A stretch of DNA of 64,000 bases, taken from positions 138 to 64,137 of the IMG/VR virus record IMGVR_UViG_3300025122_000013; one strand, given 5' to 3'. The notes below the pieces were generated by a model. The model did not search any database, had not been told where the DNA came from, and saw only the letters and a program-made list of their open reading frames with translations. The number at the start of each line of letters is the position of its first letter. Position 1 is the first letter of the stretch. A program made the position numbers and the translations under genes. Origin of the DNA: a virus. Lineage: Duplodnaviria; Caudoviricetes. Positions 1 through 8,339 of this stretch are shown piece after piece.

Positions 1-1401
1 CTTTGGATTTTCTTCCCATATTCTTCTTAAAAATGGATGATATGTTTCCTTTCTAAAATCGTGAACTGGAAATGCTCCCCTCTCTTTTGCAAGAATACAA
101 GAGGACATATATGAATTTATACAAAGAGTCTTATAGATCTTTTCAACAATATCAATGGATGCTTTAGATCCGTATCTTACATTAAGTGCGGCAAGCGTAT
201 CACCAACTGAGGTCACACCCAATCCTGTTCTTCTTCCGCGCCGGGCTCTATCTTTTATCTGTTTCCACATATTTTTTTCATTTAGCTTAACTATGTCAGG
301 CTCAGGATCAGAGTTAATTTTTTCAAGAATTTTATCTATCTGCTCTATTTCAAGATCAATCATATCATCCATTAGTCTCTGTGCTTTTTGCACAACCTCA
401 GACATTTTCTTAAAATTAAATGCTGCACTATCACAAAATTCATCATCAACAAATGAAGAAAGATTTATCAACATCAGCCTACATGAATCATATGGAGATA
501 AAATTATTTCTCCACATGGATTTGTAGAAACAGACCCAAATCCTTCATTTTCATAAATGTCAGAAGGTGTAAGCTGTTTTGCATTATCCCAGAAGAGAAT
601 TCCCGGCTCTGCAGAAGCATGAGCTGACTCAATTATATCATTCCACAATTCTTTAGCTTTAGCTCTATCCTTTATCTTAGGTGTCTCTTCATCAACTGGC
701 CATCTTAATTCTACATCTTCATCATCTACAACAGCATTCATAAACTCATCTGTTATTTTAATGGATATATTAGCACCTGTTACTCTTGTTAGATCTCTCT
801 TAATCTTTATAAAGTCTCTAATTTGAGGATGGTGAACAGAGATAGTAAGCATAAGTGCTCCGCGACGTCCGCCCTGAGCCACCTCCCTGCAAGAATTTGA
901 AAATCTATCCATAAAAACTTCAATTCCATCTGTAGTCCTCGCACAATTTCCTGTTGACTGTCCTTTTGGTCTAATTGTCGATATATCAAATCCAACTCCT
1001 CCTCTACGTTTAGCTATTTGAACAAGCTCTTGATCGGTTTTTAGAATTCCACCATATGAGTCATGCGGAGGCTCTATCACAAAGCAATTAGATAAAGATT
1101 GAATTTGAAAATTATTTCCAATTCCCGCCATGGGACTTCCCTGAGGAACTATGTATTTGAAATCTTTTAGAAGAGAATATATCTCATCTTCGCTCATTGA
1201 ATTTTCATACTTTCTTTCAATTCTAGAAAATTCCTTTGCTATTCTCTTGTGCATGTCATCGGGAGTTAATTCATAAAAATTTCCATCTCTATCACAAAGC
1301 GCATATTTTGTAGCGAATACATTTGCAGCGAGCTCATCTCCATCAAAATACTTTACGCTTTCATTAAAAACTTCATCGAAATTATACACACTCGCTCCCA
1401 T
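1..1401 (-). CDS. nrdJ: Ribonucleotide reductase, class II (adenosylcobalamin-dependent NrdJ-type), 5' part; runs off the left edge
   Basis: Missing from the ORF track, presumably because its stop lies outside the window. Manual translation from ATG 1401 (or GTG 1389 behind GGAG) gives FATKYALCD, YIVPQGSPMAGIGN, SLSNCFVI, KRRGGVGFDISTIRP, EVAQGGRRGALM, EPGILFWD, the catalytic TNPCGEI and GRRTGLG. Class II is inferred from recalled family motifs. Confidence 0.85.
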   Translation of the reverse strand, partial: MGASVYNFDEVFNESVKYFDGDELAANVFATKYALCDRDGNFYELTPDDMHKRIAKEFSRIERKYENSMSEDEIYSLLKDFKYIVPQGSPMAGIGNNFQIQSLSNCFVIEPPHDSYGGILKTDQELVQIAKRRGGVGFDISTIRPKGQSTGNCARTTDGIEVFMDRFSNSCREVAQGGRRGALMLTISVHHPQIRDFIKIKRDLTRVTGANISIKITDEFMNAVVDDEDVELRWPVDEETPKIKDRAKAKELWNDIIESAHASAEPGILFWDNAKQLTPSDIYENEGFGSVSTNPCGEIILSPYDSCRLMLINLSSFVDDEFCDSAAFNFKKMSEVVQKAQRLMDDMIDLEIEQIDKILEKINSDPEPDIVKLNEKNMWKQIKDRARRGRRTGLGVTSVGDTLAALNVRYGSKASIDIVEKIYKTLCINSYMSSCILAKERGAFPVHDFRKETYHPFLRRIWEENPK

Positions 1402-1417
1402 TCCTTCTAAAAATTTA

Positions 1418-2800
1418 TCACACGGCTGTGTCGCCGTTAACCTCTTTCCACTTATCTTTCAATAACTTCTTCATTGAGTTACTATCTGTCTCAATAACAT
1501 CACCTAGCGTCATTTCCTCTGCATTTTCTACTACAAATAACTTTGATATAGATGTGTCCAGGTGAATAGGAAATAACACGCCATCCCTTCCGGCTCGATT
1601 TTTTGCTACAAATAGCCTACCGCAACCTGATGCCTTTTCAGTGGGCTTTCTTGAAATAGAAAGGACTATATCTGCTACCATAGCTTTTCCATACGCCTCA
1701 GACATATTTTCTAATCCAACAATTGAAGAATTAGCTGCATCTCTATTAGCTTGAGATGCGGTCCAGACTGGAACATTTAAACTCATAGCCAAGTTTCTAA
1801 GTTCCTCATATATAAGTTTTAATTCATGTCGCAAAGATTCAAACTTCCTAGTAGCCTTCATGATATCTGCATAATCAATAATTATCAGGCTGGGAACGAA
1901 AGACTTGAGTAAAAGCTTTTCAATGTGACTTTTAATTGTTAAAACGCTAGGATACCCTGTTGGGTATTCCTTAATGATAAGTCGACCTACGTCCATTCCC
2001 TCATACATTTTAATGACATCTTCTTTTCTTTCTATTACTTCATCACTTGGAATATGACATAGATTGCTATCATATCTTATTCCGACAGCTCTTTCAGATA
2101 ATTCAAATGTGTAATGCACAACATTTTTCCCACGACGTAAAGCTTCACATCCTGCATGAACTAAGAAATGAGACTTTCCTACACCGGTATTTGCTATCAT
2201 TACCCCAAGCTCTCCTCTTCCAAGCCCACCATTCAATATTCCTTTTTTATCTATTTGTGGAATTCCTGTAGGGCATGCTGATCTATTAATGATAGAAAAT
2301 CTTGACTCATAGTCTTCAAAAAAATCATGACCTAGCGTGTTTGGCATTCCGACAGAAATAGCATCTTTCATAAGTGATACAACAGACTCATAGTCGTCAG
2401 AAGCAATGAGTTCAACTGATTTCTCTAGCGCATCCTTAAGCGCCTGCTTTCTACAAAACTCTAATGTTTTATCTTTTACATACTGTAAATCTCCAGGATT
2501 TGGATTTGTTTTTACTCTATGCAAAAATTCAACAATTTGATCTCTTAATATTGCGTCATTTCCCTCTCTTAGGTCATCACGTATGATTGAAACGAGCAAA
2601 GATAGGGTGGGAAAAGACTTATATTTTTCATAATATTTAAAATATCTTTCTGTCAAGTATTTTAAATATCTTAAATCAAAATATTCAGACGTCATCACGT
2701 CCGACATCTGGGTAGACCACTGATGATCTATAAGAAAGCACTGAAAAATCTTTTCTTGAAATTGTTTTCCATACTGCCCAAAGTATGATGAGTCAGACAT
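1418..2800 (-). CDS. Replicative DnaB-like helicase (T4 gp41-like)
   Basis: Walker A ANTGVGKS, FELSE, IIIDYADIM, VWTASQANR and KNRAGRDG motifs. Confidence 0.93.
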   Translation of the reverse strand: MSDSSYFGQYGKQFQEKIFQCFLIDHQWSTQMSDVMTSEYFDLRYLKYLTERYFKYYEKYKSFPTLSLLVSIIRDDLREGNDAILRDQIVEFLHRVKTNPNPGDLQYVKDKTLEFCRKQALKDALEKSVELIASDDYESVVSLMKDAISVGMPNTLGHDFFEDYESRFSIINRSACPTGIPQIDKKGILNGGLGRGELGVMIANTGVGKSHFLVHAGCEALRRGKNVVHYTFELSERAVGIRYDSNLCHIPSDEVIERKEDVIKMYEGMDVGRLIIKEYPTGYPSVLTIKSHIEKLLLKSFVPSLIIIDYADIMKATRKFESLRHELKLIYEELRNLAMSLNVPVWTASQANRDAANSSIVGLENMSEAYGKAMVADIVLSISRKPTEKASGCGRLFVAKNRAGRDGVLFPIHLDTSISKLFVVENAEEMTLGDVIETDSNSMKKLLKDKWKEVNGDTAV

Positions 2801-3770
2801 TCTTTTTACCCATGTGATTCATTGACAAAAACATTCTATCCACATTGAAGGTCTGAATACCTTCTTTAATTAAAGTTCTCATCACGTTTATTTTATTTCT
2901 TGAATCTGAAAAAGTATCAACAGAATTAACAATTTTAGATATCTGAAATTCTGATAAATTTGAAGTATCAAGATATATTAACTTCCAGTTTCTTCTTATT
3001 AAAGACTCTGACTCAGCTATTCTTTCAAATGCTTTTATTTTGCTACCCTCTGATATGTTTTGCTTTGCTACTGCAATGATGTCTGATATCATGATATCTT
3101 CATCTGATAGTAATTCTGGAAATCTTTTAGCTAAAGTCTTGAATCCAACTCCCTTTACACCCGATATATTATCAGACGGGTCTCCGCAAATTGACTTAGC
3201 AAGACAAAAATTTCTAGGAGATATCTTAAACTTCTCCTTTACCTCTTTTTCTGTAACTAGTTTTTTCCAAGTTGGTGAATAAATAATTGTTTTTTTATCA
3301 AGAAGCTGATAAAAATCCTTATCAGAAGAAATTATTAACTTTCTACAATCACGAAGTCTGTACTTATTAAGATATCCTATCACATCATCTGCCTCACAAT
3401 CTGGTATGTACAGCTGTTCTATTGGAAGATCCTTTATAATATTAACAAGTGTTGAAATCTGATGATTTCTATTTTCAATAGTATCAGGTATGTCGTCGTC
3501 ATAATATCTATTAAGTCGCTCTGGACGTCGTCGAGACTTATAATCTTTAAATAAATTTCTTCTACGGGTGGACCCACCGCCTTCCCATACTACAATCATC
3601 TGCGCTGGTCTATACCTCTCTGCAAGATCTATTACTGCATAAAGAAATCCAACTATTCCACCCACGTGCTCACCATTTGAACTAACAGCTGGGTGTGCTA
3701 CAAAATGTCTTGTAAAGAGATTTAGTGCATCAACCAAGATAACAAGATGTCTATCTTTTTCTTCCTGCAC
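2793..3770 (-). CDS. 5'-3' exonuclease / T4 RNase H-like flap nuclease
   Basis: VDALNLF, YKSRR, EADDVIG, ISSDKDFYQL and helix-3-turn-helix GDPSDNISGVKGVGFKT. Confidence 0.92.
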   Translation of the reverse strand: MQEEKDRHLVILVDALNLFTRHFVAHPAVSSNGEHVGGIVGFLYAVIDLAERYRPAQMIVVWEGGGSTRRRNLFKDYKSRRRPERLNRYYDDDIPDTIENRNHQISTLVNIIKDLPIEQLYIPDCEADDVIGYLNKYRLRDCRKLIISSDKDFYQLLDKKTIIYSPTWKKLVTEKEVKEKFKISPRNFCLAKSICGDPSDNISGVKGVGFKTLAKRFPELLSDEDIMISDIIAVAKQNISEGSKIKAFERIAESESLIRRNWKLIYLDTSNLSEFQISKIVNSVDTFSDSRNKINVMRTLIKEGIQTFNVDRMFLSMNHMGKKNV

Positions 3771-3773
3771 ATT

Positions 3774-4949
3774 CTAGCCTTCTGGATCAATTAATTCATC
3801 ATCAATAGAATCTACTAATGCACTTACCTCAACATATGAATTAACATCTACATCTAAATCATCATTATTCATACTTTTGACCATGACCTTTTCCAAAAGG
3901 TCATCTATATAATGGGAATACTCTGGATTATTCATTATCTCATTAAACTTAGGTTTATGAAACTTCTTTTCAATTATACACTCACCTGTACCAGCATCTA
4001 CAACAGACAGAGTCTTCCACGATCCTGTTCCAGAAATAGATACCTCATTTCCGTCTACTATCTCTGGACCATGTTTTCTCAAAATATCGAATACTTGTTC
4101 ATGCTCTTTTATACCGACTCCGAAGTGTATCTCAAAGTCAATCTTTCTAAATGGTGCCGCAACCTTGTTCTTAATTGTCTTTGCAGAAACATGAATACCG
4201 ATTACGTCATCGCCATCTTTTATCTGTTGCCCTGCACCGAGCTTAATTCTTGTAGAAGCATGAAACGGAATTGCCTTTCCGCCGGGCGTCGTCGTAGGAT
4301 CACCAAACATGACACCAATTTTTGTTCTAGTCTGATTCAAGATCACAAATAAGACGCTCTGATTTGCAATAACCCCCGTGATCTTTCGCATGCCCTTGGA
4401 GATCGCTCGGGCCTGCAGGCCAATTGATTCCTTGTCATAATCACCCAGAAGCTCTGCCTTAGGTGATGAGGCTGCCACAGAATCCCACACAATAGTAACT
4501 GGTATATCCTTATCCATTGCCTTTGCTTTCATAATGGTTGCTTCAGCAATAGACAAAACTTCTTCTGTGCAGTGTGTGTCAACATAGACAAAGCGCCTTG
4601 AAACATCAACACCAAGCATTCCTAAATTTTCAACAGATGTGGCATTCTCTGTGTCGATATACACAACAATTCCACCCATCTGTTGTGTAGTCCTAGCGAT
4701 CTGCGTTGCTATATGTGACTTTCCAATTGACGGTGGGCCAAAGATCTCTACTATTCTTCCTTCAGGAAGACCTCCACCTCTTCTATTAGAACAGATATAA
4801 TCAAGTAATCTTGACCCTGTAGAAATCCATCGCTTTACATGTGTTGGAGATTCATCATATGCAAGATTGTAAGCAATCCTGCTACCGTGTTCCTTGTTGA
4901 GTGACTGAATAAGATCAGACGTAAAATCTTCTGTTCCTTTTGACGACAT
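3774..4949 (-). CDS. recA: RecA/UvsX recombinase
   Basis: ISTGS, GLPEGRIVEIFGPPSIGKS, YIDTE, WDSVAA, GLQARAIS, NQTR, TPGGKAIPFHAS and KNKVAAPF. Confidence 0.96.
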   Translation of the reverse strand: MSSKGTEDFTSDLIQSLNKEHGSRIAYNLAYDESPTHVKRWISTGSRLLDYICSNRRGGGLPEGRIVEIFGPPSIGKSHIATQIARTTQQMGGIVVYIDTENATSVENLGMLGVDVSRRFVYVDTHCTEEVLSIAEATIMKAKAMDKDIPVTIVWDSVAASSPKAELLGDYDKESIGLQARAISKGMRKITGVIANQSVLFVILNQTRTKIGVMFGDPTTTPGGKAIPFHASTRIKLGAGQQIKDGDDVIGIHVSAKTIKNKVAAPFRKIDFEIHFGVGIKEHEQVFDILRKHGPEIVDGNEVSISGTGSWKTLSVVDAGTGECIIEKKFHKPKFNEIMNNPEYSHYIDDLLEKVMVKSMNNDDLDVDVNSYVEVSALVDSIDDELIDPEG

Positions 4950-5006
4950 TATTTATTACCTAAGTATGTTATATCTTACACCTACGGTAGGACATTGTTC
5001 ATAACG

Positions 5007-5040
5007 AATTCCCCGCACAATTTGTGCGGGGAATCATTTT
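5007..5040. terminator. Hairpin/intrinsic terminator between the SSB and recA genes
   Basis: Perfect inverted repeat ATTCCCCGCACA/TGTGCGGGGAAT just past the SSB stop. The U-tract on the minus strand is weak. Confidence 0.65.
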
Positions 5041-5042
5041 AA

Positions 5043-5837
5043 TTAACTATCGTCAGACATCAAGTCAGCAAAGGCGTCATCTATGCTGCTATATCCTGAT
5101 GCAGGTACAGTAGACTCAGAAGTACTAGTATCTGAATTTGACGAACTGTCGTCCTTGTCACTACTCTCTGTGAGAGCTTCATCATCATTCAGCCAGTCAT
5201 TTATAATCTTTGTGAGCTCATCACTAGTCTTGCATTGATACATTTCATCTAGATCTGGAATCTCAGAGACCCAAGTCTTTACCTGATTATTGTCATCTGA
5301 AAGCTTTGTTTGCTTTCCTCTTGGCCTGACCTCTGTCATGGCCCATCGCTTTCCAGGCTGCTTAGAGCAGACGACCTTGATATCTCTCCCATCTACTAGA
5401 TCTGTGATATCTCCATAGTCCTCATCAAGCATGAGCCCAAGAAGTGTCTGGTAGACCATCTTTCCAAAACCCCAGATTTGAACACCCTTATCTTCCTCTC
5501 CTCGTACAATAACTGGAGCATATGTCCTCATCTTCGGATATAGCTTCTTAGCCAGCTCATACGACTCTTTTGTACCTTCTTCACGAAGCTTAGTGATAAG
5601 ATCTTGAATTGGGTCCGGATCTCCAAACTGATAGGGAGCTAAAAGTCCCCTGTTAGTTCCAATATTATAATAGAACCACCTTTCCTTAAAGGGTTGTCCA
5701 TCATTGTTGGGGAATGAAAGCAAACGAACTGTATGTTCTTCACCCTCAACAGGCCTCCATGTGGATGACCTATTTGTATTATTTCCGCTTAGCCTCTCAA
5801 GCTTTTTACGGATAGCATCAAAATCAATATTTGCCAT
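5043..5837 (-). CDS. Single-stranded DNA-binding protein (T4 gp32-like)
   Basis: VRLLSFP..GQPFKE, IWGFGKMVY, DITDLVDGRDI and an acidic C-terminus IDDAFADLMSDDS. SD AGGAG present. Confidence 0.88.
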   Translation of the reverse strand: MANIDFDAIRKKLERLSGNNTNRSSTWRPVEGEEHTVRLLSFPNNDGQPFKERWFYYNIGTNRGLLAPYQFGDPDPIQDLITKLREEGTKESYELAKKLYPKMRTYAPVIVRGEEDKGVQIWGFGKMVYQTLLGLMLDEDYGDITDLVDGRDIKVVCSKQPGKRWAMTEVRPRGKQTKLSDDNNQVKTWVSEIPDLDEMYQCKTSDELTKIINDWLNDDEALTESSDKDDSSSNSDTSTSESTVPASGYSSIDDAFADLMSDDS

Positions 5838-5882
5838 GTTTAACTCCTTAATGTTTAATATGCAATGTTTGTCAGCAATTCA

Positions 5883-5911
5883 ATAATATAGTTTTTAATA
5901 GTAATGTTCAA
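5883..5911 (-). promoter_or_regulatory. sigma70-like promoter for the SSB gene
   Basis: TTGAAC-N17-TATTAT on the minus strand. Confidence 0.55.
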
Positions 5912-5919
5912 GTTTTAAT

Positions 5920-6147
5920 TTATTTCTTTTTCTTCTTTCTTATCTTCTTCTTTCTTATCTTCTTTAAGCTAGTCGGATCTGCAAGCTTTGCTCCTCCGAA
6001 TGCGTCTCCTGCAGCCTTCCACGCTGGCCTTCTTTTTCTTCCAAATGTTGGTGTAGACATTCCAAGTGGCAGATTAGGACCGCCCCCAAGATTTGCAACT
6101 ACGTTTTGCTCATCTATGTCGTCTTCATGATGATCTTTATCATCTAC
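5920..6147 (-). CDS. Unannotated -1-frame C-terminal extension (75 aa) of the 524-aa ORF, reached across an A11 run
   Basis: Open frame VDDKDHHEDDIDEQNVVANLGGGPNLPLGMSTPTFGRKRRPAWKAAGDAFGGAKLADPTSLKKIRKKKIRKKKKK* fills the gap up to the SSB promoter. Confidence 0.7.
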   Translation of the reverse strand, partial: VDDKDHHEDDIDEQNVVANLGGGPNLPLGMSTPTFGRKRRPAWKAAGDAFGGAKLADPTSLKKIRKKKIRKKKKK

Positions 6148-7718
6148 TTTTTTTTTTTGCTCTCTAGAATTCTTTCAATTCCCTGACGAATAAGATTTCT
6201 TAAAGCCTTCTCTTCTAGAGATCTTGCCTGATAATTAACAATTCCACCATCTGCTTTATATGCGACAGAAAAATCATCATAGTCATCTAACCTGTCAAAG
6301 ACTGATTCAGCCTCTTGCTTCGTAACAATAGTGGGAACATTTCTTGACTTATACCCAACAGGCTTATCCTCATGATACGAGCTATAGTCAGGATAAATTG
6401 ACTCTCTAATAAATCTTTTTAATTCTGATAGGGCAGGTGAGACGCCATTGCTTTGCATCGGGATCGTGTTTAGTGCTGTTATATCAGTTGGAAGACCACC
6501 TGCTTCTGCAGATAATAGGTTTAAAAAGCTGTCCTTATCCATGTCGAGCACACCTTTTTTAACGAGCTGAGTAGGTGCATCTTCTGGTTCTGCATGTAGT
6601 GCCCTATAGAACTCTCCCAACCTTCTAAATGATCTTACTGGGCTAAAAATTACTCCTGCTAGACCGGGTCCGCCTTCCTCTGCTAACTGTTCTAAACTTT
6701 CAGCTGCTTCAGGGCTACTAGTTCTCATTATTTCGAATACATCCTCAACTACCCCTGCTCCGCTTGCTGCCATGTCAAAAAGAAATCTCTCTACAGGAAC
6801 TATGTCTGCTACAAAGCCTCCTATACCAGTAATAAGATTTGCTAAAGGAACAGTGACAAGTTCCTCAGGAACTGCAGCCTGTGGTCCGAGCATTCCAGCA
6901 GCTGTCGTTACGACTGAGTCCATAGACTGAATCAAGAGTATGAAAAATGACTTGAGTCTATCTAAAAATTGATCAAATACAGCCTTGAGCTGAACTGTGT
7001 CAGATCCCTGAATAGAAGCTATTACCTGCTGCCACGCACCTTCATCCTGTTCAGATAGCGCCTCAAAAAATGCATTTTCTGGAATATCTAAGAGACTAAT
7101 CAGCTCATCAGAGTCACTTTTCAACTTCATAACAGAATACGTTCCAAGAAGGCCTCCGAGAATAACATCAATATATGGTATAGATAGACCAAGAGATGTA
7201 AGTCCCTTTTTGGCACCCTTTACCAGCATTGTGTCACTAATCCCTTCTTCCATTCTGTGATCTAATAGGCTATATCTACTTTTAAAAACCGGCGTATTTT
7301 CATCAAATTCCATTTTCTCTTTTAACCCCTTTTGCTTAGGACGCATTATCCTAAAGTTATTTGGAAGCTTTCTGCTTCTAATTGGTTCGATATCCCAGGA
7401 ATAAATATCACCCACTTCCTCTTCTTGCTCAGGAAACATAGGCATATATTCTACTGCCTTATCATAATCATCATATCCAGTATTTACGCGTGCAAGGTAT
7501 GATGAGAATGTTGAATCTGCTCCTTGAGTTGGTCTTCCAGTTCTAAAGTCAGGAAGCTTTCCGCGACCAATCTTTTGCTTATAGTCGTCGCCGCCACCAA
7601 TGGCACCGGCGACAGGTATCCCGATCCCCCTGCCAGACCACACACCCTTTTCAGGAATGTTGTCCATAGATGTTGCGTATAGCTTTTTAAACTCTTTAGA
7701 TGTGAGACGTGGCATCAT
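6144..7718 (-). CDS. Hypothetical protein, probable virion head/internal protein
   Basis: 524 aa. Several [LI]xE motifs (LKE, LSE, IRE, LEE, ILE) of the gp21 cleavage type, LKRFIRES/LRNLIRQ helices, and the motif AGATATTTAT just upstream. Confidence 0.5.
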   Translation of the reverse strand: MMPRLTSKEFKKLYATSMDNIPEKGVWSGRGIGIPVAGAIGGGDDYKQKIGRGKLPDFRTGRPTQGADSTFSSYLARVNTGYDDYDKAVEYMPMFPEQEEEVGDIYSWDIEPIRSRKLPNNFRIMRPKQKGLKEKMEFDENTPVFKSRYSLLDHRMEEGISDTMLVKGAKKGLTSLGLSIPYIDVILGGLLGTYSVMKLKSDSDELISLLDIPENAFFEALSEQDEGAWQQVIASIQGSDTVQLKAVFDQFLDRLKSFFILLIQSMDSVVTTAAGMLGPQAAVPEELVTVPLANLITGIGGFVADIVPVERFLFDMAASGAGVVEDVFEIMRTSSPEAAESLEQLAEEGGPGLAGVIFSPVRSFRRLGEFYRALHAEPEDAPTQLVKKGVLDMDKDSFLNLLSAEAGGLPTDITALNTIPMQSNGVSPALSELKRFIRESIYPDYSSYHEDKPVGYKSRNVPTIVTKQEAESVFDRLDDYDDFSVAYKADGGIVNYQARSLEEKALRNLIRQGIERILESKKKK

Positions 7719-7748
7719 TCATAAATATCTCACATAGATAGATAATAT

Positions 7749-8321
7749 CTATTTTTCACTATGAATGACAAATGTTTTTGCTTGCTGGAGAATTATTGCC
7801 AAGGTTGGCTCGTGTCCCACATAAAATCTATTTTCCTCGAAATGAGATCCCTGAGATAGCTGAATAGCTAACCACTCATCAGATGTAAGGACTATTCCAA
7901 AGTTTTGTAAAATACATAGCGTCCTGTGAGAAACTGACATTCTATTAAGATCCTCATTAAACTTATACAGCTTTCCTAGTTTTTCTCTGTGCCAACTAGA
8001 GTCTTCTTCTATAAAATTATCTGTGGTTAGATCTCCTATTTTTCCAATGTCATGCAATAGACCTGTCTTTAATATAGACGACACAGAAAGGTCCAAGTTA
8101 TATGCATCATTTAGCTTTCTCATAGTCGCAGTTACCTTTAGAGCATGATCAACAAGACCTCCGGGATAGCATCCGTATTGATCAACTCTTATTGATGCAG
8201 GGCAGGCTAGAATCCTCTCTCCAAGTTCATCGATACAATTATCTAAATTGTCGTCAGAAAGTCTCTTGCAAAGAGATTCAAATTTTCCCCAATTATCTTT
8301 TATTTTTTCAAAATTATTCAT
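7749..8321 (-). CDS. HD-domain (YhaM-like) phosphohydrolase, partly degenerate
   Basis: PAS...YPGGLVDHALKV and GLLHDIGKIG present. The later His and Asp ligands appear replaced (AIQLSQG, QQAK). Confidence 0.75.
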   Translation of the reverse strand: MNNFEKIKDNWGKFESLCKRLSDDNLDNCIDELGERILACPASIRVDQYGCYPGGLVDHALKVTATMRKLNDAYNLDLSVSSILKTGLLHDIGKIGDLTTDNFIEEDSSWHREKLGKLYKFNEDLNRMSVSHRTLCILQNFGIVLTSDEWLAIQLSQGSHFEENRFYVGHEPTLAIILQQAKTFVIHSEK

Positions 8322-8339
8322 AAGTCTCTCTCTATTATT

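Noticed and set aside
1-1417. Apparent gene-free or pseudogene region at the left edge
   Set aside because: It is a continuous RNR frame whose stop lies outside the window.
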